From Candidatus Thorarchaeota archaeon (GTDB taxonomy: Archaea; Asgardarchaeota; Thorarchaeia; Thorarchaeales; Thorarchaeaceae), in the NCBI GenBank assembly GCA_048882485.1, contig JBHLRP010000047.1:1-26263 (forward strand): a stretch of 26,263 bases of DNA, given 5' to 3'. Positions within the stretch are counted from its first letter, which is position 1, and every line of letters starts with the position of its first letter. The notes under the pieces were generated by a model, which saw nothing but the letters and a program-made list of their open reading frames with translations, did not search any database and was not told the origin of the DNA. The translations under genes and the position numbers were made by a program. This document shows, one piece after another, positions 18,065 to 26,263 of the stretch.

Positions 18065-18685
18065 CTATAGAAGGTCATCTTCGTACGATTCTATGTCGTG
18101 TCCATGACACAAAAGAGAGTTCAATGAAGAAATCAGCACATTGGACTCTTCAATAATCAGCTCAGGAATAGGAGAATTCCAAATGACCTTTATGAGTCGA
18201 GAAGTTTCGTCACATGGGACATAGCCTATCAGTTGCGCACTAAGACGTGGGGACCCAAAGAATCCGAAGCGAGGACGCATGGCAGTCCAGAGAATATAGC
18301 TGCCAACATGATCTCCACTATGCAATTCACCATGTTCCACTACTTCTCGACCTTTGTTGAAGTGTTGTTCAAGAAGTGTTTCCGGGCTCGGTGCAATTGG
18401 CGTGTCCTTCTTCAATTCCACGACAATCTTGGCTCTGAAATCAAGGTCAGGACGCTTCTCTGTGCCATGTCTTCGTGAAATAAGGCATTCAATTTCTCCG
18501 GAACCAACCCATACACGGTCCTTGTAAAGGAATCTATTGGTGACCAGTGGGTCATTCATTTGATATCCGGTCACCCAAGAAGCAGGTAGAAAGAGAAAGG
18601 CAAAAATGGCACGACCAAAAAGCATGTTCCAGGCTTCGACACAAACCTCGCGCATGTCATCTACCTGCTCGTCTGTTTTCATCAC
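18065..18685 (-). CDS. Hypothetical soluble protein with H...C..T.R...CH pattern, upstream of cstA
   Basis: 206-aa ORF co-oriented with cstA; GDHVG, VPCDETSR, LLCHGH. Start uncertain. Confidence 0.7.
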   Translation of the reverse strand: MMKTDEQVDDMREVCVEAWNMLFGRAIFAFLFLPASWVTGYQMNDPLVTNRFLYKDRVWVGSGEIECLISRRHGTEKRPDLDFRAKIVVELKKDTPIAPSPETLLEQHFNKGREVVEHGELHSGDHVGSYILWTAMRPRFGFFGSPRLSAQLIGYVPCDETSRLIKVIWNSPIPELIIEESNVLISSLNSLLCHGHDIESYEDDLL

Positions 18686-18791
18686 AATTCAACTGCCAAT
18701 TTCTCAGAGGGGGGCTAATATATCGATTTTGATTCACAAAGTCTTAAAGGGAGGAACAGAAACAGACATTATTTATTCCCCCAAACGCTGA

Positions 18792-19487
18792 TTGGAGTAC
18801 GAACTCTTGCAGAACTTGGCTGAACAAGGCTATTTGGCCCTCTTTGGTGTGGCAATCTTCTTGATTGGGACGTGGATGATAGGACGTTGGAAAACATCAC
18901 AACTACGCAGTAGGATTTCACAGAATGTGGCAAATCGATTTGAAGCAACGACTTCCAAGGTGAGTGTCAGACTTCTTGGAAATACAGGAGCCAAATTCTC
19001 ATATCATCAGAAATCAAATAGTCCTCTGCCAAAACTCGAATCAACTATCCTATTGCTTGACAGGTCCAATATCTTCCATCTTGCATACTGCAAAATCCGT
19101 GGCCGAACCGACCAACTCCAAATACGGGCGAACCTAGGAAGACCTGCATCATTCAATCTCGAACTCGCAACTCAGAGAGAAAAGAAGAATCTGGAGGAGG
19201 TTTTGAAGCCCAAGATGGAAGGTGCTAGCGAGCTATTGATTGACAATCTGAGTGATCAGTTCTATGTTGTAGTATCCGATCTAGAAGCCGGTGAGCGTCT
19301 CTTTGAGAAGCAGGAGTTCCATGCGGATTTCAAAGCCATCGCGCCTTTCTTAACTCGCCTGTCCATTTCCAGAAAGGAACCGCATGTGTTCGCTTCTGTG
19401 GTTCTTGTTCCAGAATCCATGGCGCCCATTGAGAATTTCATCCTTTCCTTGGCCAAATCTATCAAGCGTAGAAAGAAGTCACAATAG
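18792..19487 (+). CDS. N-terminally anchored membrane protein, possible CCDC47/DUF1682-like
   Basis: One TM (GYLALFGVAIFLIGTWMI), then IGRWKTSQL...LLLDRSNIF...RGRTDQLQIRANL; basic C-terminus. Confidence is for the CDS; the family call is tentative. Confidence 0.75.
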   Translation: MEYELLQNLAEQGYLALFGVAIFLIGTWMIGRWKTSQLRSRISQNVANRFEATTSKVSVRLLGNTGAKFSYHQKSNSPLPKLESTILLLDRSNIFHLAYCKIRGRTDQLQIRANLGRPASFNLELATQREKKNLEEVLKPKMEGASELLIDNLSDQFYVVVSDLEAGERLFEKQEFHADFKAIAPFLTRLSISRKEPHVFASVVLVPESMAPIENFILSLAKSIKRRKKSQ

Positions 19488-19700
19488 GTCCCTATTTGAA
19501 AACAGCCAGCTGAATTGCAATATCTCCTTGAGCTCTGCTTGTAATTCATAAATGATCCAAAACCACTGCTGAATTCCTGAGTCAGAGAACGTTCTTCGAT
19601 TCCGAGAAATAAAGGAACTGGGCATAACTCATGTCAACTGATTGTTGCCTGATAGTAAACAATATACGCAAATCATAGCCTCCTATTAGAGGTGCTTAAA

Positions 19701-20069
19701 GTGTACAGCGACAAGGTGATGGAGGAGTTCAAGAATCCGCAGAACATGGGCAAGATGGAGAATCCTGATGGAGTGGGAACTGTCGGGAACCCAGTCTGCG
19801 GGGACATGCTCCGTATGTATATTAAAGTCGAGGATGGAAGAATCGCTGATGCCAAAATCGAAACCTTCGGCTGCGTCGCAGCTATTGCCACATCATCAGT
19901 CACTACACAGATGGCAATAGGGATGACGCTTGAAGAAGCCAAGGAATTAACGAGGAAGGAAGTCGCTGATGCGTTGGATGGATTGCCTCCTCAGAAGATG
20001 CATTGCAGCAACCTTGCCGCTGACGCACTCCACAAAGCAATTGAAGACTATGAAAGCAAAAAATCCTAG
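19701..20069 (+). CDS. iscU: Fe-S cluster assembly scaffold IscU/NifU-N
   Basis: YSDKVM..F.NP.N.G, GNPVCGD, FGC, LPPQKMHCSNLA. GTG at 19701 follows GAGGTG. Confidence 0.96.
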   Translation: MYSDKVMEEFKNPQNMGKMENPDGVGTVGNPVCGDMLRMYIKVEDGRIADAKIETFGCVAAIATSSVTTQMAIGMTLEEAKELTRKEVADALDGLPPQKMHCSNLAADALHKAIEDYESKKS

Positions 20070-20088
20070 CACAGGTTCTTGATGAAGA

Positions 20089-20307
20089 CTATCCTTCTTC
20101 TCCTATCACGCGTTTAGCAGATTCAATATACTGGTCATTCATTTCATCTAGAGCATAACCAACTCTATCAAAGAATATCAGGAGGAGTTGCCTTTGCCGC
20201 TCTGCCTGCTTCGGATTGTCTGCATCTAAGTTGCTGATAATGGCTGACGCCCTTCTGAAGGCTGCCTGAATTTCATCAATAGCTGCGATATACCTGCTCT
20301 CGTTCAT
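20089..20307 (-). CDS. Small helical hypothetical protein
   Basis: 72-aa ATG ORF with amphipathic two-helix pattern, convergent with iscU. Confidence 0.6.
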   Translation of the reverse strand: MNESRYIAAIDEIQAAFRRASAIISNLDADNPKQAERQRQLLLIFFDRVGYALDEMNDQYIESAKRVIGEEG

Positions 20308-20538
20308 CGGTATGTCGATTCAGGTTCTGAACAAGATAAATGAAATTGTCATCTAGTAGCCATTTCATTTGGAAGAATGATGGTATTCTTTTCGAAGCTT
20401 AGTTAATCTTATTATCGAACAATGCATTGATACTACTGGTACCACATATGCAAAGACTACCTTTCATAGATCGTTCCGGATTACGTTATCAGCTATGCAT
20501 AAGTGCACTCTGCTCAATAGGCACTTTGAGGGAGCTGA

Positions 20539-20820
20539 TTGATACCGCTCGTGACACAGCTGCAAATTGTGATGGTCCTACCATTTGTGTTAGGACTGTT
20601 TTACATAAAACAGAAGGGCGACCGCACACTGGAAAGAGTAGATTTGCTGGGCAAGGTTTCCATCATAGTGGGAGGTATCCTCGTTATCTGGTCATTCCTC
20701 CTTGTGCTCTATATCATTCAGACCTCTGTATTCGTTGATTTAGGGCAGGCATTGTTTGGTTTCTTTGCTAGCCTGATTGTATGGAGTGGTATTATTCGTG
20801 ACCATATTTGGATGAAGTGA
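20539..20820 (+). CDS. Small 3-TM hypothetical membrane protein
   Basis: TTG after GAGGGAG; three hydrophobic segments. Confidence 0.65.
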   Translation: MIPLVTQLQIVMVLPFVLGLFYIKQKGDRTLERVDLLGKVSIIVGGILVIWSFLLVLYIIQTSVFVDLGQALFGFFASLIVWSGIIRDHIWMK

Positions 20821-20901
20821 TTCAGAAGTTGGCGTTCGGATGAACCGAGATAGGAACGGACTATAGATTTAAAGTCGAACCAAGCAATAGAACTTGGGAG
20901 A

Positions 20902-22914
20902 TTGCAAATGCAGGATAGGTTCTATGTCTATTCGCTTGCTATTGTAGTTTCGTTATTGCTACCCTTGTATCAAATTCCTACAAGCTCAGATCACAATTGG
21001 ATTCCGCATGAAACTATGGAATTGAAGAACCAGACTGTAATCATGACCTCGCGCACACCGCATTCTCCAATAACCATAACTAGTGACCAGAATTTTACCG
21101 ACACAGCACAGGCGGAAGGATGGCCGGGAAACGGTTCGGCACAAAGTCCATTCATTATTGATAACCTTGAAATTGATCATGGCGGTCCAACGGGTCATTG
21201 CATCTATATTCGAGACACACGTGTCAACTTCACAATTAGTGGCTGTCACCTTACTGGTGCTGATCTTGGATCAAGCATCCTCCTCTATAATGTGTCATAT
21301 GCTGAGATCTCCAAAAATAACTGCAGCACCAACATGAATGGGATTTGGTTAGATTCAGGGTCGAGTCATAATTCAATAATCAATAATACCTGCAAATTCA
21401 ATGAAGAAGGAATTAGGGATTTCTCAGGCCATCACAATACTATCGAAGACAACATCTGTGAAAGCAACACTCAGGGAATCTGGCTGTTAGGAGTTTATTG
21501 GTCCAAGGTAAGTCAGAATTGGATAAATAATAGTGATTGGTGGGGAATTCATGCTGATGGCGCGGATTTCTGTTCTATTTCGAATAACACTTGCCTCTTC
21601 AATGAAGGCGCAGGCATTCGATTCGTTTTCTCAAGTGGGGGAGTAATCGCCAACAACACATGCAGGAATAATACATGGTTTGGAATAGAGCTAGATGGTA
21701 CATCCAACTCTTTAATTACGAATAACACATTCGTGAATAACGGTTATGGGATATACATTGGAAACGGGCCTTCGGATTGCGAGTTCTCATGGAACATAGT
21801 CGCAGACAACAGATTTTCTAATGGTGAGAATACAGGCATTAGCTCAGATGTGTTTTGGTACAATTACTGGTCGGATTATGGAGGCATGGATTCGAATGGC
21901 GACGGGATTGGAGATACGCCTCACAATCTTCCAACCATTATTGACTCGTATCCTTTGATGTACAATCCTACTCCTCCAATATGGATCATAGCTCCGGAGG
22001 ATGTCACAATAGAGCAGAAGGATGAGATATTCAGTGCATTGTATCAAGCATACGCTCCATCCCCTATCACATGGTGGGTCAGTGACGGGGTCCACTTCAC
22101 AATTGATGGTACTGGCCAGTTGATATCCAAGTACTTCTTGGAAGCGATCTCCTATGACCTCAAAATTGTTGTAAGCAATATCTATGGAATTTCCATTTCT
22201 GCTGACTTCGCAATCAGCGTGAGAGAGGAGGTTTCACCAAATTGGATGATTGCCCCTCACACACAGAATCTAGAATTCAATGAAGCATTCGATTACTATA
22301 TAGCGGCTAGTGATCCATCAGGAATCGCGAGCTGGAACCTCAACAACACAATTCAGTTTGCAATTACAGAGTATTACTATGAAGGGGGCAGTACTGCACG
22401 TTTGACTAACGCCTCCGTTCTTGACCCCGGTTCCTGCGCGCTCAATATCAGTGTCTTTGACGTCCACAATAACAAGCTATCATCAGTGTTTGAAGTAATC
22501 ATTAGACAACCAGCTGCTGATACAACATCACCGTCTTGGGTCATTGCATCACTAACTGAAACGCTTGAGTTTGGAGAACCATTCTCAAAGCAGATGAGCG
22601 CATGGGATGAATCAAATATCGACCATTACTGGATTAGCGATACCGTCAACTTTGCCATTGATGAATCGGGGCTAATCACAAATGCCACAATTCTTGAGGT
22701 AGGAGTATACAGCCTTGAGGTGAGAGCATATGATCCTTTTGCCAACTATTGCTCAGCGACACTAATCATCACGGTGGTCCCAGCTAGAATCGCACCCCCT
22801 GCATTAGAGCCATTGGTTGCAGTTGCACTTGCATCTGGAGTGGGTATCGGCGTCGTTGCTATGGCTGCAGTTGTCTTCTTCATGAAATGGCGGAGCAGCA
22901 GAGAGAAGACATGA
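20902..22914 (+). CDS. Cell-surface protein: signal peptide, NosD/CASH parallel beta-helix, three Ig-like repeats, C-terminal TM anchor
   Basis: Repeated GI.L..S..N.I.NN.C..N units; NYWSDY.G.D.NGDGIGDTP motif; repeats beginning PPIWIIAP, SPNWMIAP, SPSWVIAS; C-terminal TM plus basic tail. Confidence 0.88.
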   Translation: MQMQDRFYVYSLAIVVSLLLPLYQIPTSSDHNWIPHETMELKNQTVIMTSRTPHSPITITSDQNFTDTAQAEGWPGNGSAQSPFIIDNLEIDHGGPTGHCIYIRDTRVNFTISGCHLTGADLGSSILLYNVSYAEISKNNCSTNMNGIWLDSGSSHNSIINNTCKFNEEGIRDFSGHHNTIEDNICESNTQGIWLLGVYWSKVSQNWINNSDWWGIHADGADFCSISNNTCLFNEGAGIRFVFSSGGVIANNTCRNNTWFGIELDGTSNSLITNNTFVNNGYGIYIGNGPSDCEFSWNIVADNRFSNGENTGISSDVFWYNYWSDYGGMDSNGDGIGDTPHNLPTIIDSYPLMYNPTPPIWIIAPEDVTIEQKDEIFSALYQAYAPSPITWWVSDGVHFTIDGTGQLISKYFLEAISYDLKIVVSNIYGISISADFAISVREEVSPNWMIAPHTQNLEFNEAFDYYIAASDPSGIASWNLNNTIQFAITEYYYEGGSTARLTNASVLDPGSCALNISVFDVHNNKLSSVFEVIIRQPAADTTSPSWVIASLTETLEFGEPFSKQMSAWDESNIDHYWISDTVNFAIDESGLITNATILEVGVYSLEVRAYDPFANYCSATLIITVVPARIAPPALEPLVAVALASGVGIGVVAMAAVVFFMKWRSSREKT

Positions 22915-23002
22915 TTTTCTAAAGAAGACACTTTATCCCGAAAGCCTTTATTCATAGTTAATCTGATGATGAAGCCACACAGAGCAAAGGCTGTGAGCGA
23001 TT

Positions 23003-23734
23003 ATGGATGGAGAGATTATCGTTACACGAGAAGACCCGATTGCCATAGTGACAATATCCCGTCCCAACAAACTCAACTCGGTAACACACGATATGTTCGT
23101 TTCTTTTGAGGAGAAAGCCTCCCAATTGACTAACGACCCTAATGTTGCTGCGATTATCTTCACTGGCGTGGGTGAGAAGGCGTTCTCGGCGGGTTTTGAT
23201 ATGGAGATGATGATGGGCCTCGCCCCCGATGATTACATGGACTTCTTTCTCCTGCTGGAGAAGACGACAAAGACAATACGAGAAGCCAAGACCTGCATTA
23301 CTCTAGCAGCAATAAATGGATATGCAGTTGGATTTGGTGCAATGGTAGCTTCCGCCTGTGACTTTCGATTCTTTTCTAAGACAGGCGCGCTCCGTTTTCC
23401 AGAAATTGATCTCAGTATCTTTCCCGGAATGGGTGCGGCTTCAAATCTAATGCATCTAGTGGGCCCATCCAGAGCAAAGGATCTCTTGCTTTCAGGAAGA
23501 ACAATTGAAGCCGAGGAAGCTTTGCAGATTGGCCTTGCTGATAGAGTCTTCGAACATGCAGAGCTTCTGGAGAAGACAATGGAATTTGCCAAAGAATTGA
23601 CTCAGAAGGACAGAAAGATTCTGTTTCGAACAAAGACGCTAGTCGATGGAATGACTGGAAAGACTGTCTTCGGTGCTGCTGAAACAGAATCAGCTTACAC
23701 TGAGGAGTGGCTTAGAGAGAAACGGGACGACTAA
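23003..23734 (+). CDS. Enoyl-CoA hydratase/isomerase (crotonase) family protein
   Basis: ISRPNKLN, KAFSAGFD, AAINGYAVGFG, ACDFR, FPE, A.DLLLSGR.I.AEEA..IGL. Confidence 0.92.
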   Translation: MDGEIIVTREDPIAIVTISRPNKLNSVTHDMFVSFEEKASQLTNDPNVAAIIFTGVGEKAFSAGFDMEMMMGLAPDDYMDFFLLLEKTTKTIREAKTCITLAAINGYAVGFGAMVASACDFRFFSKTGALRFPEIDLSIFPGMGAASNLMHLVGPSRAKDLLLSGRTIEAEEALQIGLADRVFEHAELLEKTMEFAKELTQKDRKILFRTKTLVDGMTGKTVFGAAETESAYTEEWLREKRDD

Positions 23735-23741
23735 TTTGCTC

Positions 23742-25799
23742 CTAGAAACCGACTAGATCTATGAACTCATCTTCGCTGAGAATTTCAATGCCAAGCTTCT
23801 TTGCCTTCTCAAGCTTTGAGCCTGCGCCAGGACCTGCTACAACGTAGATCGTATTCTTGGACACGCTTGAGGAAGTCTTCGCACCAAGACTCTCGACTAA
23901 TTCCTTTGCTTTCCTTCTATCCATTTTCTCCAAAGCCCCAGTAAATACGAACGTACTACCAGCTAGAGTCTGAGCAGCTTCTTCAAGATCTGTCTTCTTT
24001 CCTAAGCCCGCCTCAATCAAGTCCTTAACCATACTTCTCGTATCTTCATATTCAAAGTACTCTACAATACTTCTGGCAATTTCAGGCCCAATTGTATCAA
24101 GTCTTAGCAGGTCGCTTTCAGTTGCAGAAATCAGATCCCTAACAGACTCGAAGCTGTAGGCAAGAATCTTCGCTGTCTGTTCTCCAACATTTGGTATCCC
24201 AAGTGCAAAGATGAATCGGTTTAGAGGAAGGCTCTTTGAGGCTTCAATCTGTTCAAGAATCTTGAGGGCAAGACGCTCTCCAAATCGCTCCAAGCCCAAC
24301 AGGTCATCAATATTCAGTGTATAGAGAGAATGAAGACTTGTCACAATCCCAGCATCAACGAGCTGGTCTACACGTTTCGACCCAAGTCCCTCTATATCCA
24401 TGCCACTGCGAGATGCAAAATGCTTGATGCTTCTTCGTAGCTGAGCAGGACAATTGAAGTTTGGACACTGAGCCAACTTCTTATCATTGCTCATATGGAT
24501 TGGAGAGTTGCAGACAGGGCATATCAATGGCATGTCAAACACTCTTTCAGAACCATCTCTTGAGTCAAGAACTGGACGCTCAACCTGTGGTATAACATCA
24601 CCAGCTCGAACAACAATGACAGTATCGCCAATTCGGATGTCTTTACGTTCAATCTCACTCTGATTATGGAGTGATGCTCTGCTGACTGTGACTCCACCTA
24701 TGTTAACGGGATCAAGTTCAGCTACTGGTGTGAGTCGGCCAGTTCTTCCTACCTGTACGGTAATATCGAGCAGCTTGGTTGTTGCCGCCCTCGGTTTGAA
24801 TTTGTAGGCAATAGCCCATCGAGGGTCTCTAGCTCTGAAACCCATTTTTTCTTGATTCGACTTGGAGTTGACTTTGAAGACTACTCCATCTATTTCAAAG
24901 GCCAGATCATCTCTTTTGTCTTCGAGTTCACGATGATACTCTAGAAGCTCATCAAAACCTCGGCAGAGTCGAGAGAGTTCGAGCTGAGTTGGGAGACCCC
25001 ATTTCGGGAGAGATTCCAACACCTGCCATTGCGTATCAAAAGCTCGTCCTTCAGATTCCATCACGTCGTAGATGTATATCCGGAGTGGTCTGCTGGCTGT
25101 GATCTTGGGATCCAGTTGCCTTATAGACCCAGCTGCCGCGTTGCGCGGATTGGCGAAGGTTGGCTCGTCAGAAGCCTCGCGTTGGACATTCAATTTCTCA
25201 AAATCCTCAAGCCCCATATACACCTCACCACGAACTATTAGGCGAGATGGAATACCATCATCATCGTCATCCAGCAGGACAAGGGGTAGTTCCCGAATTG
25301 TCTTCACGTTCGCAGTAACATTCTCGCCGGTCTGACTATCGCCCCTGGTAGATGCAACTATCAATGACCCATTCTCATAGATTAGTTCAACCGCAAGACC
25401 GTCAAATTTGGGCTCCGCAACATACTCAATGATCCTGGCGCCCAATTCACCTTGGCATCTAGCATCGAATTTTCGAACCACAGATTCTTCATAGACTGTC
25501 TGAAGGCTAAGCATAGGAATTGCGTGTTCGATTGTCCCCAATTCTGAAAGCGGCTCTCCGCCGACCTTTTGCGTTGGCGAGTCAAAACTACTGAGCTCCG
25601 GGAATCTCTCCTCAAGAGCTATCAAATTCAATAACAGTGAATCATACTCTGAGTCATCAATCACTGGTGAATCAAGAATATAGTATCTATAATTGTGATA
25701 CCTGATTGCTTTTGATAATCTACTGATAGCATGTTTGGCCTTTTTCTTGGAGGTGATTTTGTCCACATCAATGTCAGGTTTAAGATCATCTTCTGTCAT
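23742..25799 (-). CDS. ligA: NAD-dependent DNA ligase
   Basis: YHNYRYY..D.P.I.D.EYD, EPKFDG, STRGD..GENVT, RGEVYM, FANPRNAAAGS.RQLD, IDGVVFK, PRWAIAYKF, Cys4 zinc finger, HhH, BRCT. Confidence 0.98.
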   Translation of the reverse strand: MTEDDLKPDIDVDKITSKKKAKHAISRLSKAIRYHNYRYYILDSPVIDDSEYDSLLLNLIALEERFPELSSFDSPTQKVGGEPLSELGTIEHAIPMLSLQTVYEESVVRKFDARCQGELGARIIEYVAEPKFDGLAVELIYENGSLIVASTRGDSQTGENVTANVKTIRELPLVLLDDDDDGIPSRLIVRGEVYMGLEDFEKLNVQREASDEPTFANPRNAAAGSIRQLDPKITASRPLRIYIYDVMESEGRAFDTQWQVLESLPKWGLPTQLELSRLCRGFDELLEYHRELEDKRDDLAFEIDGVVFKVNSKSNQEKMGFRARDPRWAIAYKFKPRAATTKLLDITVQVGRTGRLTPVAELDPVNIGGVTVSRASLHNQSEIERKDIRIGDTVIVVRAGDVIPQVERPVLDSRDGSERVFDMPLICPVCNSPIHMSNDKKLAQCPNFNCPAQLRRSIKHFASRSGMDIEGLGSKRVDQLVDAGIVTSLHSLYTLNIDDLLGLERFGERLALKILEQIEASKSLPLNRFIFALGIPNVGEQTAKILAYSFESVRDLISATESDLLRLDTIGPEIARSIVEYFEYEDTRSMVKDLIEAGLGKKTDLEEAAQTLAGSTFVFTGALEKMDRRKAKELVESLGAKTSSSVSKNTIYVVAGPGAGSKLEKAKKLGIEILSEDEFIDLVGF

Positions 25800-26003
25800 C
25801 GTTGCTTCATCTTCCTAACAGCACTCGAAAATAAACAATGACTTCTACCATGCCCCATTTCTCAGCAATAATGTCGAGAAGATTGCTTTATCAATCCCAC
25901 TCATGCATTAAAACCCAAAGAGTGAGTCGAGCATTTCGTCTAATTGGGATTGATGCCCCACAATCAATCTAACAAGCCTCATGTCACTCGTGGAGAGCGC
26001 CTA

Positions 26004-26192
26004 TCATATCGGTGTTGCAGCATATGCCAAAGCCGCTGTTATAACTCCTAAAATCAAGCTTAGAACTATTTGTAGCAATAGGTCCGAAGCAATTCCGAAC
26101 ATCGGCAGAATCATCAAACTCAGTATTACAAACCACAACATTGAGAATACGAATGTATATAGCAATAAAACCAGCATTCTGTCCCAATCCAC
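26004..26192 (-). CDS. Small 2-TM hypothetical membrane protein
   Basis: GTG after GGGTGAG; two hydrophobic helices. Confidence 0.55.
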   Translation of the reverse strand: MDWDRMLVLLLYTFVFSMLWFVILSLMILPMFGIASDLLLQIVLSLILGVITAALAYAATPI

Positions 26193-26263
26193 GATGACTC
26201 ACCCACGCACTCAGACAACTAGCTCTATGCTGATAAGCCATACCCTTCTCCCGATTCGTTCTC

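Noticed and set aside
9707-19584. CTGAGTCA at 9707-9714 and 19577-19584 as a target-site duplication of the block between iscS and iscU
   Set aside because: Only 8 bp, plausible by chance, and no integrase, transposase or terminal repeats are present.
25984-26241. 85-aa minus-strand ORF
   Set aside because: It overlaps the 62-aa 2-TM ORF, which has a better RBS and a more protein-like pattern.
1-26263. CRISPR arrays, tRNA/rRNA genes, IS elements
   Set aside because: No regularly spaced repeats, cloverleafs or transposase motifs were seen by eye, and intergenic gaps are short.

Overview
Gene-dense archaeal-type DNA (GGAGG/GGTGA ribosome-binding sites, many TTG/GTG starts, TATA-like boxes, a beta-helix/Ig-repeat surface protein). 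It is most reminiscent of an Asgard archaeon such as Thorarchaeota; this taxonomy is inference. The flanks hold ordinary metabolic genes: M50 protease, FadH-like flavoenzyme, MBL hydrolase, PCD, lactate permease, extended SDR, sirtuin, PanE, crotonase and NAD-dependent ligase. The centre (~9.8-19.5 kb) holds the most interesting feature. A divergent CstA-family transporter is followed by three paralogous ~85-95 aa proteins and two tandem ArsA/Get3-family ATPases, one with a natural Switch I Asp->Asn and a degenerate Switch II. A fourth small paralog, a Cys/His-motif protein and a membrane-anchored protein resembling eukaryotic CCDC47/DUF1682 lie nearby. This block sits between an IscS homolog lacking the PLP-binding lysine and an IscU scaffold gene. 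No rRNA, tRNA, CRISPR array or transposase was recognised. All family assignments come from motif recognition by eye, not database searches.
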